Position numbers and translations under genes: made by a program. A DNA stretch of 46,968 bases. Origin: Candidatus Peregrinibacteria bacterium (GTDB lineage: Bacteria > Patescibacteriota > Gracilibacteria > UBA1369 > LOWO2-01-FULL-3). Of the stretch, positions 28,249-36,953 are shown piece after piece (the stretch's first letter is position 1; each line of letters opens with the position of its first letter). Under the pieces are notes generated by a model, which was not told where the DNA came from, made no database searches, and saw only the letters and a list, made by a program, of their open reading frames with translations. The stretch lies in the NCBI GenBank assembly GCA_016186245.1, contig JACPLZ010000011.1, positions 1 to 46,968 of the forward strand. Reading direction: 5' to 3'.

Positions 28249-29491
28249 TTGATGGCGGTTCTATTTTCGTAATTTTCACCTTATCCACAACCTTTTTCTT
28301 CATTTTAACGACAAGTACTTTTGCCCTTTCCAATTCAATCATCTCTCCCTCCCTCGGAAATCTATGCAGATGCTCAAGCAAAAACGTATTAATAGTATCA
28401 TGCTCATTTGCCGCAAATTTCATTTTGAAAAAATCATTCACGTCTTCGATCAGCGTGGCCCCCGTGGCAATGATATTGTTACTATCGATAATTTCGATAG
28501 GGTGCTCCGAAGGATCAAATTCATCCACTATCTCTCCCACAATTTCTTCCAGCAGATCCTCCATGGTAACAAGGCCGGCCGTGCCGCCGTGTTCATCGAT
28601 CACTATGGCCATGTGCAGGTGTTTTCTTTGAAACTCTCTGAACAATTTGTCTATTTTTTTTGACATCGGCGCTTCCAGCGGCATGGTCAGTTTCAGCTCC
28701 TCCAGTTTCCTGTTATGGGGATGTTCATCATAAAATTTCAGCAGTTCTTTGATGTTGATTACGCCGATGATATTGTCGATAGTCTTGCGGTAAACTGGAA
28801 TCCGCGAATGAGAATGTCTGATGGCGAAATCCACGGCATCATCCAGCGTTGTAGCGCTTTCCAGAGCGCCAATTCCAACTCGCGGCGTCATGATCTCGCC
28901 AACCTCGATATCGTTAAATTCCAGCACGTTTTCAATGAATTCCTGTTCCTGCTTATTGATTGTTCCTTCCCTTGTTCCTATTTTCAGCATGGCAACAAGC
29001 TCGCCTTCCGTAATCGTACTGCTCTTTTTTGTCCCAAAAATTCTGTTTGCGACAATCACAACTTCTTTAAAAAACCAGACTATCGGATACAGAATGGTCT
29101 GCAGAAAATATATCGGGCGCGCCACCAAAAGAGATATTGATGCCGAATGTTGATGGGCAAAAGATTTCGGCAAAATTTCGCCAAAAACCAGAATCATGAA
29201 AGTCATGATACCTGTGGCGATACCTACTCCGGAATCGCCGAACAGTCTGGTAAAAACCACGGCTGCGTAGGCGCTCGCGCTGATATTTACAACATTATTT
29301 CCAACAAGGATTGTGATAAGAAGTTTATGCGGGTCCTCTTTCAGCTTTTTTAAAATACCGCTGTTGGCAGCCATTTTTGCCACCAATTCACTTACTTTTG
29401 ACGGTCTTAACGAAATCAATGCTGTTTCGCTCGCGGAAAAAAATGCGGACAGAATAACCAGTGCGGCCAGAACCAAAAATTGCGAAGACAT
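28238..29491 (-). CDS. Hemolysin-family/CNNM protein (DUF21 + CBS pair + CorC domain)
   Basis: SAFFSASETA, TILVGNN, FGEILPK, IMTPR, HSRIPVY, DEHGGTAGLVTMEDLLEEIVGEI. Confidence 0.92.
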   Translation of the reverse strand: MSSQFLVLAALVILSAFFSASETALISLRPSKVSELVAKMAANSGILKKLKEDPHKLLITILVGNNVVNISASAYAAVVFTRLFGDSGVGIATGIMTFMILVFGEILPKSFAHQHSASISLLVARPIYFLQTILYPIVWFFKEVVIVANRIFGTKKSSTITEGELVAMLKIGTREGTINKQEQEFIENVLEFNDIEVGEIMTPRVGIGALESATTLDDAVDFAIRHSHSRIPVYRKTIDNIIGVINIKELLKFYDEHPHNRKLEELKLTMPLEAPMSKKIDKLFREFQRKHLHMAIVIDEHGGTAGLVTMEDLLEEIVGEIVDEFDPSEHPIEIIDSNNIIATGATLIEDVNDFFKMKFAANEHDTINTFLLEHLHRFPREGEMIELERAKVLVVKMKKKVVDKVKITKIEPPSMSS

Positions 29492-29567
29492 ATTTTGGTG
29501 AAAAAAATGACTGAAACCAAAATATATGTTTTCTGGATTTTTCTCAAGAATTAAGTAAAATAACGCT

Positions 29568-32171
29568 ATGCAGCTGATCATAGACAGGAAAATTTTTGAT
29601 GAATATCACGACCTCAAAATAGGAGCGATAATAATCCGCGGATTTAACAACAGCAAAAGAAGCTCCGCAATCGAGAGTCTGCTTCGCGGCGTTTGCGCCC
29701 AGAGGCGGCGTGAATTCCAGGATAAAGACATCCACGAAAATCCGATGATAAAAGTATGGGATCAGACTTATGGACGGTTTGGAGTCAATCCAAAAAAATT
29801 TCCGCCGTCAATTTCAGCTCTTTTAAAAAGAATCCGGACCGGAAAATATCTGTCCCACATCAACCCTTTGGTAGACCTTTATAATTATTTTTCGCTGAAA
29901 TATCTGCTGCCAATCGGAGGTGAAGACATTGATTGGCTTTGCGGAGATTTGCGTCTGGCTTTCACAAAAGGGGGAGAGGCATTCCGTCCGATTGGTTCAA
30001 TAGAAGTGGAAACAGCCAAAGAAGGCGAAATAGCCTACATGGATAAGGGCGGCATAACCAGCCAATACTGGAATTATCACGAATGTGAAAGAACGAAATT
30101 CACGGAACGGACGACAAATGCCGTCATCTTGATTGAGGATTTGAGCAAAATGCACATGGATGAATTCGGCCGCATTCTGGATGACTTGCAGAATAATATT
30201 TTGAAATACATTGGAGGACAAATTGAATCTTATCTTTTGAATGAAGAAAATCCTGCCATTGAGCTCGGCGCTCAAGGCAGGACTCATGCCGATGATGCAA
30301 AAATCCCACAGCAGGAAAGAGCCCACTTTTTGGAGCAGGAGTTGCGGGCGGAACGGGCAGTCTCTCCGGCTTCCGCTTCTTCCAATTCAAAAAAAAAACC
30401 TTGGAACAGCTCAGGCTCTTCTAAGCAGCTTATTGTAGAGGATAAAACATCTATTAGGAGTAAAATCGGCAGTCTTTTTGTCAAAGCTTTGGGGCAAATC
30501 GCACCGGGATTAAAACCGGAAATCCGTCTGGAAAATCCAGCTTCCGTCGAACACGGAGATTATTCCTCGAACATCGCCATGCAGATCGCAAAATTTTTAA
30601 AAAAATCACCACGCGACATCGCGCAGGAAATTATCAGGAATATTACCAAAAACACTTTGATTGAAAAAGTTACAGTAGAAGGGCCCGGATTCATCAATAT
30701 TTTTATTTCTGAAAAAATTCTGAATAAAGAAATAAATTCCATCATAAAAAAAGATGGCAGTTATGGCTCATCGAAAATCGGCCACGATAAAACCGTCATT
30801 ATTGAATACAGCCAGCCGAATATCGCCAAACCTCTTGGCGTCCACCATCTGCTTTCCACGATTATAGGGCAGAGCATCTATAATCTTTTAAAGCTCCTTG
30901 GCTTTAAAGCGGTCAGCATTAACCATATCGGCGATTGGGGCACGCAGTTTGGCAAACTTATTCATGCGTATAAACAATGGGGGGATAAAAAAACAGTCGA
31001 AAAAAATCCGATCAGCGAGCTCCTTAAATTGTATGTAAGATTTCACAACGAAGCCGAAAAAGACCAATCTCTTGAGGACAAAGGACGCGAGGAATTTAAA
31101 AAATTTGAGGAGGGCGACAGCGGGAGCAGGAAACTATGGCAATGGTTTGTGGACGAAAGCATGAAGGAAGTGGAAAAAACATACGGCATGCTTGGCGGAA
31201 TTCATTTTGATTATGTCCAGGGGGAAAGTTTTTACGAAGATAAAATGGGGGCGATTTTCGAGGAAGGCAAGAAAAGAGGAATATTTGTGAAAGGGGAGGA
31301 AGGCGCTTATGTAAGCGTTTTTGACGATCCTGATATCCCAACTGTGCCGGTGCGGAAAAAGGATGGCGCCACTTTATATATAACCCGTGATTTTGCAGCT
31401 TTAAAATATCGTATTGATACATGGCATCCTGAAAAAATTCTTTACGTTGTGGACGTTGCGCAAATTCTGCACTTTAAACAGATATTCGCCACCGCCAGAA
31501 AATTTCCATGGTACGGCGGCGAGGGCGAACACGTAGTGTTTGGACGCATGCAGTTTAAGGATGGAAAAATGAGCACCCGGAAAGGCAATATTATTGCATT
31601 GGATGAAGTGCTTTCGGAAGCCATAAATCGTGCATTGAAAATCGTGTGGGGGAAAAATCCCGACCTTAAAAATAAGGACGAAATTGCGCGCCTCATAGGC
31701 ATCGGCGCAGTAAAATACAATATCCTCTCCCAAAACCGTATTTCCGATATTACGTTTGATTGGGACAAAATGCTTTCACTGGAAGGAAATAGCGCTCCGT
31801 ATTTACAGTACACCTATGCGCGCGCACGGAGCATTTTAAGGAAATCGGAGGAGAAAAATCTGCGGGAATCAGTCGCGGATGATGATTCTGCTCAGGGGTT
31901 CCCTCAGACCAAAATCAGAAATCTAACAGTGCATTTAAGCAAGTTTTCCGAATATATCGTTTTAGCCGCATCGGAATATAAGCCGAATATTATCGCAAAT
32001 TATCTTTATGATTTGGCGCAGAAATTCAATTCTTTTTACAATTCCGTGCCGGTGCTGAGAGCTGCCTCCGCAGCAGATAGAAAACAGCGTCTCAAAATAG
32101 TCAAAGCATCTTCTATAGTCATGAAAAACGGCCTCGGATTATTGGGAATCGAGACTGTTGAAGAAATGTAA
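29568..32171 (+). CDS. argS: Arginine--tRNA ligase with N-terminal B3/4 editing-like domain
   Basis: Residues 1-~225 B3/4 (PSISALLKR, INPLVDLYN, PIGGED); then HGDYSSN, EYSQPNIAKP, NHIGDWGTQFG, KMSTRKG, GNSAPYLQY. Confidence 0.95.
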   Translation: MQLIIDRKIFDEYHDLKIGAIIIRGFNNSKRSSAIESLLRGVCAQRRREFQDKDIHENPMIKVWDQTYGRFGVNPKKFPPSISALLKRIRTGKYLSHINPLVDLYNYFSLKYLLPIGGEDIDWLCGDLRLAFTKGGEAFRPIGSIEVETAKEGEIAYMDKGGITSQYWNYHECERTKFTERTTNAVILIEDLSKMHMDEFGRILDDLQNNILKYIGGQIESYLLNEENPAIELGAQGRTHADDAKIPQQERAHFLEQELRAERAVSPASASSNSKKKPWNSSGSSKQLIVEDKTSIRSKIGSLFVKALGQIAPGLKPEIRLENPASVEHGDYSSNIAMQIAKFLKKSPRDIAQEIIRNITKNTLIEKVTVEGPGFINIFISEKILNKEINSIIKKDGSYGSSKIGHDKTVIIEYSQPNIAKPLGVHHLLSTIIGQSIYNLLKLLGFKAVSINHIGDWGTQFGKLIHAYKQWGDKKTVEKNPISELLKLYVRFHNEAEKDQSLEDKGREEFKKFEEGDSGSRKLWQWFVDESMKEVEKTYGMLGGIHFDYVQGESFYEDKMGAIFEEGKKRGIFVKGEEGAYVSVFDDPDIPTVPVRKKDGATLYITRDFAALKYRIDTWHPEKILYVVDVAQILHFKQIFATARKFPWYGGEGEHVVFGRMQFKDGKMSTRKGNIIALDEVLSEAINRALKIVWGKNPDLKNKDEIARLIGIGAVKYNILSQNRISDITFDWDKMLSLEGNSAPYLQYTYARARSILRKSEEKNLRESVADDDSAQGFPQTKIRNLTVHLSKFSEYIVLAASEYKPNIIANYLYDLAQKFNSFYNSVPVLRAASAADRKQRLKIVKASSIVMKNGLGLLGIETVEEM

Positions 32172-32175
32172 TTTT

Positions 32176-32268
32176 TGGCGGAGAGGGGGGGATTCGAACC
32201 CCCGCGGCCACTATTGTGACCCTACAGGTTTAGCAAACCCGCCTCTTCAGCCTCTTGAGTACCTCTCC
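32176..32268 (-). tRNA. tRNA-Ser (GCT)
   Basis: GGAGAGG/CCTCTCC acceptor, TT-GCT-AA loop, long variable arm, TTCGAAT, G73, encoded CCA. Confidence 0.95.
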
Positions 32269-32376
32269 AGTTTGCAAACGCCAGGGCATGATAACAGATT
32301 TTTTATATTTAGCAAAAAAGTTTTTGAGGACATACGGAATACGCCGACGAGAGATGAATAATTAAATTGGCGCTTC

Positions 32377-33711
32377 TTAAAATCCGTCCGGATCCCCGAT
32401 TTCAGCCGGATCGGCAAAAATACGGTAAAATACGGTTACCGCCATCGCTCTTGAGAACGGGACCTTGGCGTCAAAAGCCCCGTCTTTATCATTCATGAAT
32501 TTTAAATAACTCATTACCCTTATATACGGCAGCGCCCAATCGGAATATTCATCGCTTGGTATAAAATTAAATAATGCCTCGTCTTCAGCGTCAGATATGA
32601 CCACGCTGTCTTTCGTAAAACCCACCACATTGGCAATCATTTTAGCGGCCTGCTCGCGGGTTACCGGATCGTCGCAGCCAAATTTGCCGCCGCCGACACC
32701 GCTCCAGTAACCGGCATCAACGCCCGTATAGACGTAAGGCGCCGCCCAATGATCGGCAGGCACATCGGTAAAACCGCTTACATGGCTTCCATCAACGTCA
32801 ACTTCATGAGCTTCCAAAAGCATTTTGGAAAACTCGCAGCGTGTAGCGCCATCCGTTGGCCGGAAATTGTCATCATACTTGACCCAGCCTTTGGCGGCGG
32901 CATACCGTACAGGATCGTAAAACCATTCTCCTGCGGGAACATCAAGAAAGCTGTTATTATATTCAAAAAAGCCATCACTGTATGAATCAGATGATTTTGC
33001 CAGATCAAAATAACCAGGATCCATATTCACATAGCCGGTGGTATCGGTAAGCATCATTCCAAAAAGATCATCGGTTACTTTCCCATCCTCAGGCATATAC
33101 AAAATCGCATGTTTGGTTTTATCGTAATACGCCTGGACTATCAGCTCATTTGTAACCGAATGATAGACCTTACCTGTGGCAGGATCGACAAGCGGATAAA
33201 TATATCCATATTCCAGCGGAAGCTTATTGTCATAAACCGTTATTTCCCCAACATCTTTTTGCTCGGCGCATACTTCGGTGGTTGTAGTTAAACAGTGATA
33301 AATCGAACGATCGGTAAAATTGATCCTTGTGCCGTAGGCCTTTAAACTGCTCGTTGAATTACTGTTTTTTTCCAGACAGTAGACATCGCCGCTCGGCCAT
33401 CCTTCAACGCCTATGGCTCCTTCAGGAATAGTCAAACCGGGTACCCCATAATCTCCCGCAGGTACGGGAGTCCCGCCGGACGATGATACATTGCCAGTTT
33501 TCGTTCCATAATCACCATATGTGCCGCTATAGTCTGAACCATTATCGGTATAAAATGAGGGAGTCCAGGTGGAACTTTCATAATCTACATCCCAGCTTGG
33601 ATCATATGATCCTGAGTAATAATCATAACCGTCAAGAAACGCAAAAGCTGCCTGGGAAAAAATAAAAATCCCAAACAAGCAAAGAATAGAGACCTTCAAA
33701 AATTTTTTCAT
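32377..33711 (-). CDS. Secreted protein with C-terminal SLH domains
   Basis: Signal peptide ending AFA; FLDVPAGEWF, FTDVPADHWAAPYV, VTREQAAKM, SRAMAV. Confidence 0.85.
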   Translation of the reverse strand: MKKFLKVSILCLFGIFIFSQAAFAFLDGYDYYSGSYDPSWDVDYESSTWTPSFYTDNGSDYSGTYGDYGTKTGNVSSSGGTPVPAGDYGVPGLTIPEGAIGVEGWPSGDVYCLEKNSNSTSSLKAYGTRINFTDRSIYHCLTTTTEVCAEQKDVGEITVYDNKLPLEYGYIYPLVDPATGKVYHSVTNELIVQAYYDKTKHAILYMPEDGKVTDDLFGMMLTDTTGYVNMDPGYFDLAKSSDSYSDGFFEYNNSFLDVPAGEWFYDPVRYAAAKGWVKYDDNFRPTDGATRCEFSKMLLEAHEVDVDGSHVSGFTDVPADHWAAPYVYTGVDAGYWSGVGGGKFGCDDPVTREQAAKMIANVVGFTKDSVVISDAEDEALFNFIPSDEYSDWALPYIRVMSYLKFMNDKDGAFDAKVPFSRAMAVTVFYRIFADPAEIGDPDGF

Positions 33712-33774
33712 AAATTTGGATTATTTACCAAAAAATTCTACCACTCATAAGCGGCATAAGAAAGTTTTTTATCT

Positions 33775-33864
33775 TGGCGGAGAGACAGGGATTCGAACCC
33801 TGGAGGGGATAAATCCCCTAACGGTTTTCAAGACCGCCGCTTTCGACCGCTCAGCCATCTCTCA
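33775..33864 (-). tRNA. tRNA-Ser (TGA) with U1-C72 mismatch
   Basis: TGAGAGA/TCTCTCC acceptor, CT-TGA-AA loop, long variable arm, TTCGAAT, encoded CCA. Confidence 0.92.
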
Positions 33865-33911
33865 AAATAAAACGGATGCATATTAGTAAAGAATAAAACA
33901 AAACGCAATCA

Positions 33912-33940
33912 TTGACAAAACAAATAAATGCAAGTATAAT
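33912..33940 (+). promoter_or_regulatory. Consensus sigma70 promoter
   Basis: TTGACA-17 bp-TATAAT ending 37 nt upstream of ATG 33978. Confidence 0.85.
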
Positions 33941-33977
33941 AGCACTATAGGTAAAACAAAAACATAACCCAAAAAAC

Positions 33978-36899
33978 ATGTTTTCAAACAGAATTCTCCA
34001 AAGATCGCTTTTGGCGATCGTTTTGCTTTCAACAATAATTGTTGCCGGCTGTGCAGATTCAAAAGATTTAAAAACAGACACAACAGGCGCAACAGACACA
34101 ACAGGCGCAACTCCAAGTGCCACTCCAACTCCAACTACCGATCCCGCCGTTACGGACACCAAAGCAAGCGGCCTTGCGGATCAGCTGAAGTGGGATATTG
34201 AAAATCATAAGAATCGCAGTGATGAACTCAAGAGAATGTCGAAAGAAGCCGATACCAGCAAAATTCCGGCGCTTCTGGATCAATGGAAAGTCAAACTGGC
34301 TGAACTCCAAAAATTTGTTGACCAGAATGACAACGACGGTTATTGGGACCTGAGAAATAATGATGTGCAGGATTTACAAACGCAAATAGATGAGGCTTTC
34401 AACACCGCTTATTCTTCTTCCAATTTTGCCAACAATAAAAATCAGGCGCTCAAGGATAAACCAAAACAGCTCAAGGATATTCAAAAGCAGTTGAAAGATC
34501 TTAAAAGAAATACCCGTAATTTTGAAACGCCGGTTGATACCACCTTGCTTCAGGGATATATAACCCAGCTTGAGCAATATATTCCGGTGATGCAGGCGAT
34601 TGCCAATAAGCCGACAGCTGGGTTGAGTGGTGATGATTTAAACGATCTTTCCAATGATATCTCCGATGTTATCCGCGACTTTGATGATGTGTCCCAGAAT
34701 TTTTATGACACGATAAATGATGTGAATGAAGGGGTGTGGGCGCAACAGCGTGTTGAGGATGCGAAAAAGGGGCTGCGCGATAAGGAACGCGGCATCAAGG
34801 ATATCAATCGGCAGTTAAAGCAGTTTACCAAAGATTTGGGCGAAACCGACTCTCGTGTTTCTGAACTCAAAGCAAAAGTTGGTGAAATGGAGACAACTAT
34901 CAATGCCATAAAAACTGCCGTTGACAATAACGACAGCGAAACTCTTCAGGATATAGATCAGGACTTTTGGGATTTGAATACTGAAGCATGGGATCTGACA
35001 AATGAATTGAACGAGGTACAGAACAGCGAACGCCAGAATAAAGATGTCGCCAAAAATTTAAAGGATAAACAAAAATGGCATAAAGACAAAGAACGCGAAT
35101 GTGAAAAAGTAAAATGCAATGACAGTGAAGCGGGAAAAGTTATCCAGCAGATGAGGGATTTGCTTCAGCAGATGGAAGAAGCGGTCAATGAAGGACGTTC
35201 ACAGGATTACTGGGATTTTGAATTTGAATACAACAACCTTGATCCGGAATTTTGGGATGTCATCAAAGGCAAACAGTCCGAGAAAGACATCCGCCGATGG
35301 CTTAAGGACGTGATCCGCGAGTGGAAGGATAAGGGGCGCTGGGTTGCCGATCTAGAAAGAGAGGCGGGAAGGGGAAGCAATGTGGTTGATGAAGAAGGCG
35401 TTGCCAGGCTGCAGGAAATTCACGATGGCGCGATTGCACAGTTAAAGGAAGCCGAAAATCTTTATAACCAGGGCAGTTATGATGATGCCCGCGATATCCT
35501 CGACGGATTAAATGATGTCCGTATGGAATTTGATGAGATCACAGGAAATTTCAACAAGGGCAGGGAGACGGAATTCAGCAAATTTGAATTGGAAAAGCTC
35601 GAGCGCGAAATCGAGGCTGGACTGGATGCTATCGATCAAAAACTTGAGAATGGTGAAATAACCCAGGAGAAAGCCGATACATGTACGGCTTTCGCTGAAA
35701 AAGCCACCGGCTATATTGGGCAGCTTAGGGAAATTTATGAAGAGGGACAAATGGGCGAAGCCAAGGAAATTATGGTGCGCATGGAAAATCTTGGCAATGA
35801 AGCCGACAGGGATTGCGGCGATATTTTTATGGAAACAGGCGACAATTACAACACTTTTAATGAATACTGGGTCCCGGAGAATCTACAGGGCACAGCCGAA
35901 GCAATTTTTGCCAAACTGAGCGGTGATCTTGAGGCCAAACTGATGGATAGGGTGCTTGAAAAATTGGCAGGTGTTACATCTCAATTTAATGATATTATCG
36001 AGCAATTCGGCAAAAGGTTTGAAGATATCATTGCCGGAAAACTGGAAACGATTTCTTTTATTTCCGAAGAATATCAGAATGAATTATTCAGCCGCACCGC
36101 ACAGATTTTTGAAAAAATTGAGCAGGTGGAGGGTGCTGCAAGCCGGCTTGCGCAGGATCAGCAGGACAGATTTAACAGCATCCGCGATCAGATTCTAAAC
36201 TATAATTTTTATGGCGATGCTGCCGGAAATGTAGAGGATTATTTGCAGGAATTTGAAGATTCCAGTTTGACCGATGAGGATATTGCGGCTTTGGAATCAA
36301 GAATTGATCAGGTGAAAAAGGATGCGGTGGTGGAGAAATTTAATCTTGGAATTATTCCTTTCCGCGATACGGATGATAATGAATGGTACACGGCTTATGT
36401 TGCCCAGGTTGCCAAAAATGGGATTGTAAACGGCAAAAGCGACGCACAGGGAAATCCAACCGGTTTCTTTGATCCCGGCGCCAATGTGACTATCGCTGAA
36501 ATGCTGAAAATGTCCCTTGAGGCTGCCGGAGTCGGCCAGGCGCCAGGAGTTCCTGCGCTTAGGCAGGCTGGAAATCATTGGGCGGTCGGCTATGTGAAAC
36601 GCGCCGAGGAGCTTGGTCTGGACATCGTAAAAGGACTTGATAATCTTGATCGTTATGCAACCCGCGCTGAAATCGTAAAGACGGCTTTGCAGGCAAAAGG
36701 AATAGTGCCAAATACTGCAAGCGGATCACCTTATGCCGATGTACCTGACAGCCATCCAGCATCAGCTTATATAGTCGAAGCAACATCACTTGGAATTGTG
36801 AAAGGTGATAGTAACGGCCAGACATTCCGTCCGGATGCCACTGTAAACCGTGCTGAAACGGCAAAGATTGTAAATAATCTGGCGGAGATAACCAGATAA
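33978..36899 (+). CDS. Large lipoprotein with helical repeats and C-terminal SLH domains
   Basis: Lipobox IVAG-C25, T/P linker, long acidic helical repeats, FRDTDDNEWY..., YADVPDSH..., FRPDATVNRAETAK. Confidence 0.85.
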   Translation: MFSNRILQRSLLAIVLLSTIIVAGCADSKDLKTDTTGATDTTGATPSATPTPTTDPAVTDTKASGLADQLKWDIENHKNRSDELKRMSKEADTSKIPALLDQWKVKLAELQKFVDQNDNDGYWDLRNNDVQDLQTQIDEAFNTAYSSSNFANNKNQALKDKPKQLKDIQKQLKDLKRNTRNFETPVDTTLLQGYITQLEQYIPVMQAIANKPTAGLSGDDLNDLSNDISDVIRDFDDVSQNFYDTINDVNEGVWAQQRVEDAKKGLRDKERGIKDINRQLKQFTKDLGETDSRVSELKAKVGEMETTINAIKTAVDNNDSETLQDIDQDFWDLNTEAWDLTNELNEVQNSERQNKDVAKNLKDKQKWHKDKERECEKVKCNDSEAGKVIQQMRDLLQQMEEAVNEGRSQDYWDFEFEYNNLDPEFWDVIKGKQSEKDIRRWLKDVIREWKDKGRWVADLEREAGRGSNVVDEEGVARLQEIHDGAIAQLKEAENLYNQGSYDDARDILDGLNDVRMEFDEITGNFNKGRETEFSKFELEKLEREIEAGLDAIDQKLENGEITQEKADTCTAFAEKATGYIGQLREIYEEGQMGEAKEIMVRMENLGNEADRDCGDIFMETGDNYNTFNEYWVPENLQGTAEAIFAKLSGDLEAKLMDRVLEKLAGVTSQFNDIIEQFGKRFEDIIAGKLETISFISEEYQNELFSRTAQIFEKIEQVEGAASRLAQDQQDRFNSIRDQILNYNFYGDAAGNVEDYLQEFEDSSLTDEDIAALESRIDQVKKDAVVEKFNLGIIPFRDTDDNEWYTAYVAQVAKNGIVNGKSDAQGNPTGFFDPGANVTIAEMLKMSLEAAGVGQAPGVPALRQAGNHWAVGYVKRAEELGLDIVKGLDNLDRYATRAEIVKTALQAKGIVPNTASGSPYADVPDSHPASAYIVEATSLGIVKGDSNGQTFRPDATVNRAETAKIVNNLAEITR

Positions 36900-36919
36900 A
36901 GAGATTCCAAAAAATTCTT

Positions 36920-36949
36920 AAAAAGGCCTCATTCACTGGGGCCTTTTTT
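36920..36949. terminator. Probable bidirectional intrinsic terminator
   Basis: AAAAAGGCCTCA-TTCAC-TGGGGCCTTTTTT between convergent genes. Confidence 0.8.
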
Positions 36950-36953
36950 GATG

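Noticed and set aside
32176..33864. tRNA-integrated genomic island or prophage
   Set aside because: Both tRNAs are full length with different anticodons; no integrase or att duplication
33775..33864. Selenocysteine or opal-suppressor tRNA
   Set aside because: Anticodon is TGA (reads UCA, Ser), not TCA
34073..34140. Short tandem repeats ACAGACACAACAGGCGCA and ACTCCA
   Set aside because: Simply encode the Thr/Pro linker of the lipoprotein
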